From assembly GCA_008632985.1 (NCBI GenBank), contig QPGO01000020.1, forward strand, positions 124,001 through 188,000: a DNA stretch of 64,000 bases, written 5' to 3'. The DNA comes from Psammoneis japonica. Its lineage: Eukaryota. Below, in pieces: positions 58,951 to 64,000 of the stretch (its first letter is position 1; the number at the start of each line of letters is the position of its first letter). The notes below the pieces were generated by a model. The model did no database searches. It saw only the letters and a list, made by a program, of their open reading frames with translations, and was not told the origin of the DNA. The position numbers and the translations under genes were made by a program.

Positions 58951-60082
58951 GGCAGCCTTTGTCATATCGTGATAAAGCTGGTGTTGCAATGGCCCGGCAG
59001 ATTCATCCTTGGGTACGAAAGATCGATGGATATAGATGCTTTGAGAGGATGTGGACACGTAATGCTATTTCTGGTGTTCGTGCAAGTGCCGACAACGAGG
59101 CTATTGAAAATGACACGACCGTCATCACTAGGATTGAGAATGTCTAATGTAGTGGCCAAGCAAAAGTATACTCTTGGTGAGAAAGTAAGCGTCAACAATG
59201 ATCATAGATCGACAGCGATGAATTACGGGGTGTGGCAATCTTACCAAATTCCTTTAGACTGGCAAAGCTTTCAAACGCAAGGTCGCGAATCTTGATTGCA
59301 AACCCGTCCGTTCCTCCATACCGGTACTGAGCTGATTCACCGGGGAACAAGCGATGGATTACGCTTGAAGAGTTGAGTTCTTTTGAAGAAAACAATTCAA
59401 GGTACCGTAGGGAGTAGATTCCCTTGCCGAAAACAATATACCGGCCTAACGAATTCCTTTCAACTCACACTTTACAAGTACAGTTGTTGTATGGTAAAGT
59501 ACCGTATCTCTAGTCAGAAACAGCAATAGACACCCAAGCCAAGCAACAGCAAGAGCAGTCTCCAGCCAGCTGAAGGCTTGAAGAATCTTGTGTACGGTAC
59601 TGAGGATCTTTGTGAGCTCAGACCTGGAGTGCTCCATTCAAGTCGTTTAAATGTAGTACAATCGCCTCACCCGAGCGTGTAAGATTGCGACCGACCGAAC
59701 CTTCTTAAGTGAAGAGCGCCGCTGTGGCCTCTCGGCATACCAAAGTAACGTTGTGGCCGGCAAGAAGAATCTCTGTTGCCAAGAATGATGCCTTGAATGA
59801 GACTGTAGACCCATCGATGATTCGTTTCGTCACTAGTTTGTGCATACAATTCTTTCGCTTTCAAGAAACATTGCTAGGCCCTGGAAGTATTCTGAGTGGG
59901 ATGCATTTGAAAGGGCGGACTTCCAAGTGGGCTCTTTCAGTCCGGCGACAAGGCGTTCTACCCCAACGAAAAAGAAAAAAACGGTGAAGGGCGACAGGAT
60001 GAGGAGAGGAACAAGTAGAAGAAAATGTCAAGAAATGATGAATAAATACACGAGGAAATAACATAAGCAGCCCTCGAACAAC

Positions 60083-60520
60083 TCAAAGCCACAGCAGTGG
60101 ACGATCAAAAGCCCAAAAGAGTGCAAAAATAACCAGAGCGTCCTCATTGGCCTCACCTTCTGGTGTAATTCCTTCGAGAAAGTCATTGGAGAAACCCATG
60201 ACACAGGTGCCTGTCAAAAGACCGATTTCGGCCGGGATGACGCCATGGAGTTTTTTATCTGGCAGGATGAGCTCGGTTAACACCGAAAGCACACACGAAA
60301 CACTGAACCAATTACATTCTGGCTCTGATGAAAGCCACAAACTGCTTTCTTTCCATTCATAGCCGTCTCACAGGGCGTAAATCATCGAGAGAAACGTAGC
60401 AATTCCGCGTTACGGTCCGGTCAGCTTGTTTCGTTTCTATCACGAGCCAAATCAAGCTTACATTTTCTGGTCGACATGAGCTGTTGCCAACTCTTGGCTG
60501 ATACACGTTCATATTAGTTG
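60083..60520 (-). pseudogene. Fragment of an LRR receptor-like gene (LRR N-cap)
   Basis: WLSSEPECNWFSVSC...LTELILPDKKLHGVIPAEIGLLT is an LRRNT_2-like cap plus first LRR; the surrounding frame is broken. Confidence 0.65.
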
Positions 60521-61869
60521 ATGGGACTGTTCTCGATCACATAAGTCGCCACTGATTGAGCTCTGGGGGTAGAGGAAACGCGCTGCTTTCCATCTCCGAA
60601 ACTTCGGGACTATCCTGAATTTTCGATTACCTCGTGATTTTCTGTACGCTGCAATTTGGCGGGTATGGCTGCTGCGAAGGTGACTTCCGTTAGTTCGGTG
60701 TGTTAAGCCATTTTTCACGGTTCTCCGCATGGTGCAAATAGGAAGGAAAATGAGCTGGGGCTGTCGTTTGTTTCTGCTTTGGAGGAGACGGAGTATCATT
60801 CTTTAGTACGGCGTACTTGGTCACTTTTCGAATCAAGGAGCCGGGGAAGGGTGATACGGTAAGTCCAACGCCGGTGGACAAGGTTGCGGCTCGTCAATGT
60901 GCGGTGTCAAACTGAATTCCTTTTGTAGTATTGCAAAGTGATTGCTAACGAAACCGAGCTTCTCGAAGCGTTCGCAGCGGCCAATGATTCGAGCTCCTGG
61001 TACTCGGGCAGGAAGGCATTCCTCGAACAACGATACTGGACAACTCTGGCACGGGAACAGTTTTCACTCTATTGCACCCATCGTTGTCGTCCTTGCCCCT
61101 AATGCACTTCCCAAGGTTCTAAGGTTCACAAAAGTAAACGGGTTCGAGACGTATTTCGAAGGCTGCAGGGATTGCTTTTGATACCCCCGTAATATGAATA
61201 CCCTACCTATTTCGACGAGTCGCAAGTTTCGCTGTGCTGCCATCTTATGAATGATGGAAGAGCACAGTATGTTGCACGTCAGAAAAAGATTACAGCAGTT
61301 GATAGCAGCATCATTCTAGGCAGAATTGAGAATAGCATGGTGGATAAAGCTATTACACACGTCAAGCAAGAAAATCATGGCCACTGGTCCAACGGTGACT
61401 GGAAAATAGAGCCGCTCCAATCCCCAGATCCTTGTAGATCGTGGTCGCCTTCTGATATCTGATACGTACAATAAGCAGCTCTTTTCGTGTACTGCACTGC
61501 ACTGTTGTCAGAATTGTTGTTTCAAACAAGCGCAAAACCAACGAGATTTTTTTCGATGCCACTTCGACGGTTATTCGAGGCGGAGCTCCTAGTTTCGGGT
61601 ATCAGATCGTTATAGTTACGGAGTGGTAGAGCACTACGTCTCACACCTCACATACACGCCATGGTGGTGCGTGCGGGTGCGTCGTTTTGACTACCGTATA
61701 AGCTAGGGCCCTATGTGCCGCCGGACAAATCACCGGACGACGGTCAGTACACAGTAGAGAATTTCGAGCATTTTCAAATTTTTTGACCGTTTGTGTTGAC
61801 GACGCACGCGCGGTTCCTTTCAATGATTTCATTTTCACCGCTAAGAACGAATCATCATCTCTGTTAGAC

Positions 61870-62874
61870 ATGGACATGGATCCGACTTATTTGTTTTGGC
61901 GGTCTCTGTTGTTTGAGGGAGACACTACGGAAGACCTTCGTCGTGCACTTCAAACCGGCGCCGATCCGAACAGCATTGTGACTTTTCCTTGTGTTGATGG
62001 TGTTCAGCGGCCCTTCGGCATCCTTCACGCGGTTGTTTGTTGTAATTCGATAAGCAATCGCGACGCAAAAGTGCAACTCTTGCTGGATGCTGGGGCGCGC
62101 TTGACAGATCGAGACGGACGAAGTGGTTGGACCCCCTTGTACGCAGCATGCGTGTGTGGGCGTGCATCCACGGCTCGAATCCTCGTGTCACACGGTGCGG
62201 CAGTCGAGGAAAGATGCAGGGATTCCACAGCTCTTCACGCTGCCGCGAGAGAAGGACATGGTGATGTCTGTCTGGTGCTTCTACGGAATGGCGCTGACGT
62301 GAATTCAAAGATTGGAGAAGGTAGCACAGCTCTTCACGCTGCCGCGTTTCAAGGACATGGTGATGTCTGCCTGGTGCTTCTACGGAATGGCGCTGACGTG
62401 AATTCAAAGGCTAGCAACGGTTCCACAGCTCTTCATATTGCCGCGTCTCAAGGACATGGTGATGTCTGCCTGGTGCTTCTACGGAATGGCGCTGACGTGC
62501 ATTCAAAAGAAACTGAATTTGGTTACACAGCTCTTCACCTTGCTGCATACGAGCCGGACCGCGCATGCATTGTGAAAATGCTGTTGGAGTTTGGCGCTAA
62601 TTTGAATGCCCAGTGCGAGTATGGTGACACACCATTGGACATATCCATCTCACGTGGACGCCACGATGTCACCTCTGTCTTGATGGAAGCGCATGGGCGA
62701 CAACTTTTGTCGCACGACAACGTTCAGCCAGCCCTCTGGGCCCATGTGTTGGCCACAGTGGGGAACAGGAGTACTGACATGTCCAGAGTGGGCCTTGTTT
62801 ACTCTTTGATTCGTGAGAAGCCGGATCTGGTTCAGCCAGGGGATGCGAGAAGGAATAAAAATCGATCTGATTGA
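61870..62874 (+). CDS. Ankyrin-repeat protein
   Basis: About 7 ankyrin repeats (GWTPLYAA, STALHAAA..GH.DVC.VLL.NGADVN); three near-identical 99-bp units at ~62226-62522. Confidence 0.93.
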   Translation: MDMDPTYLFWRSLLFEGDTTEDLRRALQTGADPNSIVTFPCVDGVQRPFGILHAVVCCNSISNRDAKVQLLLDAGARLTDRDGRSGWTPLYAACVCGRASTARILVSHGAAVEERCRDSTALHAAAREGHGDVCLVLLRNGADVNSKIGEGSTALHAAAFQGHGDVCLVLLRNGADVNSKASNGSTALHIAASQGHGDVCLVLLRNGADVHSKETEFGYTALHLAAYEPDRACIVKMLLEFGANLNAQCEYGDTPLDISISRGRHDVTSVLMEAHGRQLLSHDNVQPALWAHVLATVGNRSTDMSRVGLVYSLIREKPDLVQPGDARRNKNRSD

Positions 62875-64000
62875 TTTCTTCCTGGAGTGTAAAGTCGCTT
62901 TACTATATTTTCTATTCTAAAGAAAGCATGGGAGCTAACTTTCTTTATCTAGTTCACTAGAAACTGTACATCCGCTTTTACCTCAGGCTGGGTCGTCATG
63001 CCGTATCAGCATTGATGGAAATTCGTGCTCAGCAACGTACTAAGGCAGAGGCCGAATACGGCAATCCTGCCATGCAACGGAAGGCGGAACATGCCAATCA
63101 AGTGCTACATTGAGAGAAAGGGGAATACAATCAGAGGCTGAGACTGATGGTTGGATTTATCAACAATGAAATATTACAATATCTACTTTAGAGCTATTCC
63201 GATTCGAATGAACTTTGTAAAGGTTGAATGTCAAAAAGTAGCCTGCAGATTTTCGTGCTTGCTCCGCGGCTCGTCACGCCTCAAAGTTGTTGAAGGATCC
63301 CAATAACTGTGGATAGTTTGCTGATAATGAACGAATTCTTGATCGAATATTTCGAATAGTTAAGTTGCGCCGCGTGGTACAATGCAGAGATTGTTGCTAG
63401 TTTTTTATGGTAAATCGCCCTTGTATTGTCGGAAGGTGTAACCAATAAATGTAGAGCCCGTCGTTTCGTTCGGCAAGCAGTGCTCGTCTTCATGTAATGT
63501 CAATCGATGTACGAAACCTGCAAACCAAAACCTCCCATTTTCGCATCCGACATGCTCGCGGGGTATGGGTCATATAAAGGACGGACTCCCAGTGTTCAAC
63601 CCGCCATCTGTATACCGCCTCTTCTTTCTTTCTTTTTTTTGTGTCATCTTTTGGGCAAATAGGTCGCCTGCGCAATTTGAATAAACTGCAACAGGTCAGT
63701 CGCTTCTGATATTTCCACTTCAAAATCAGTTCGATTTGACACGCCTGCGGACTGAGCGAAGCAGCGACGAAGTACCGCCGTTGCATGTGTCGAAGAAAAC
63801 CTTAGCTTCTGCTTGATGACATGATTCAATCCGACGTCGTGATTCTTGGAAGAAAGACCCCAAAAAGAGAACGCGGCCTCTTCTTCTTTACCTTGTTGGG
63901 AGAGTGCCTGGATCTGAACCAAGAGTGGAACCAAGTGAATCGTCATGTTAAACGCTCTTCCAAACTCCAGCGCCAAATAGTAGTTGTTTGAAACAGAATC

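Noticed and set aside
63281..64000. Minus-strand coding fragments at the window end
   Set aside because: Broken frames, no recognisable family, and truncated by the window.

Overview
Eukaryotic genomic DNA, most likely from a diatom. This is inferred from diatom-type (CoDi-like) Ty1/copia elements, short GT-AG introns and signal-peptide-plus-aromatic plastid presequences. Islands of ordinary intact genes (VPS9 GEF, GT4-like glycosyltransferase, MATE, GGC1-type mitochondrial carrier, MscS, FKBP, ankyrin) alternate with four large, sharply bounded domains (~4.5-10.0, ~22.9-33.35, ~34.4-45.3 and ~47.4-57.0 kb) made of LTR retrotransposons, duplications and captured host genes. Inside these domains the TpA dinucleotide has been almost erased by TA->TG / TA->CA transitions, i.e. 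A->G at TpA on either strand. The direction is visible in LTR pairs, in an internal duplication, in primer-binding sites and in systematic Tyr->Cys/His changes in conserved motifs. It is the opposite of fungal RIP and is separable from CpG decay, because the youngest element has lost TpA but kept CpG. It also spreads into adjacent host genes and spares repeat copies that lie next to intact genes. This candidate domain-targeted A->G hypermutation (genome-defence-like) system is the main finding; I cannot check its novelty against the literature. Secondary findings: a copia with CG...CG LTR ends and a 4-bp TSD inside a bestrophin gene, an in-frame AAA-TGA gag/pol boundary in two copia elements, a hypermutated PHYLLO/menD relic, and a MITE-associated unmutated island.
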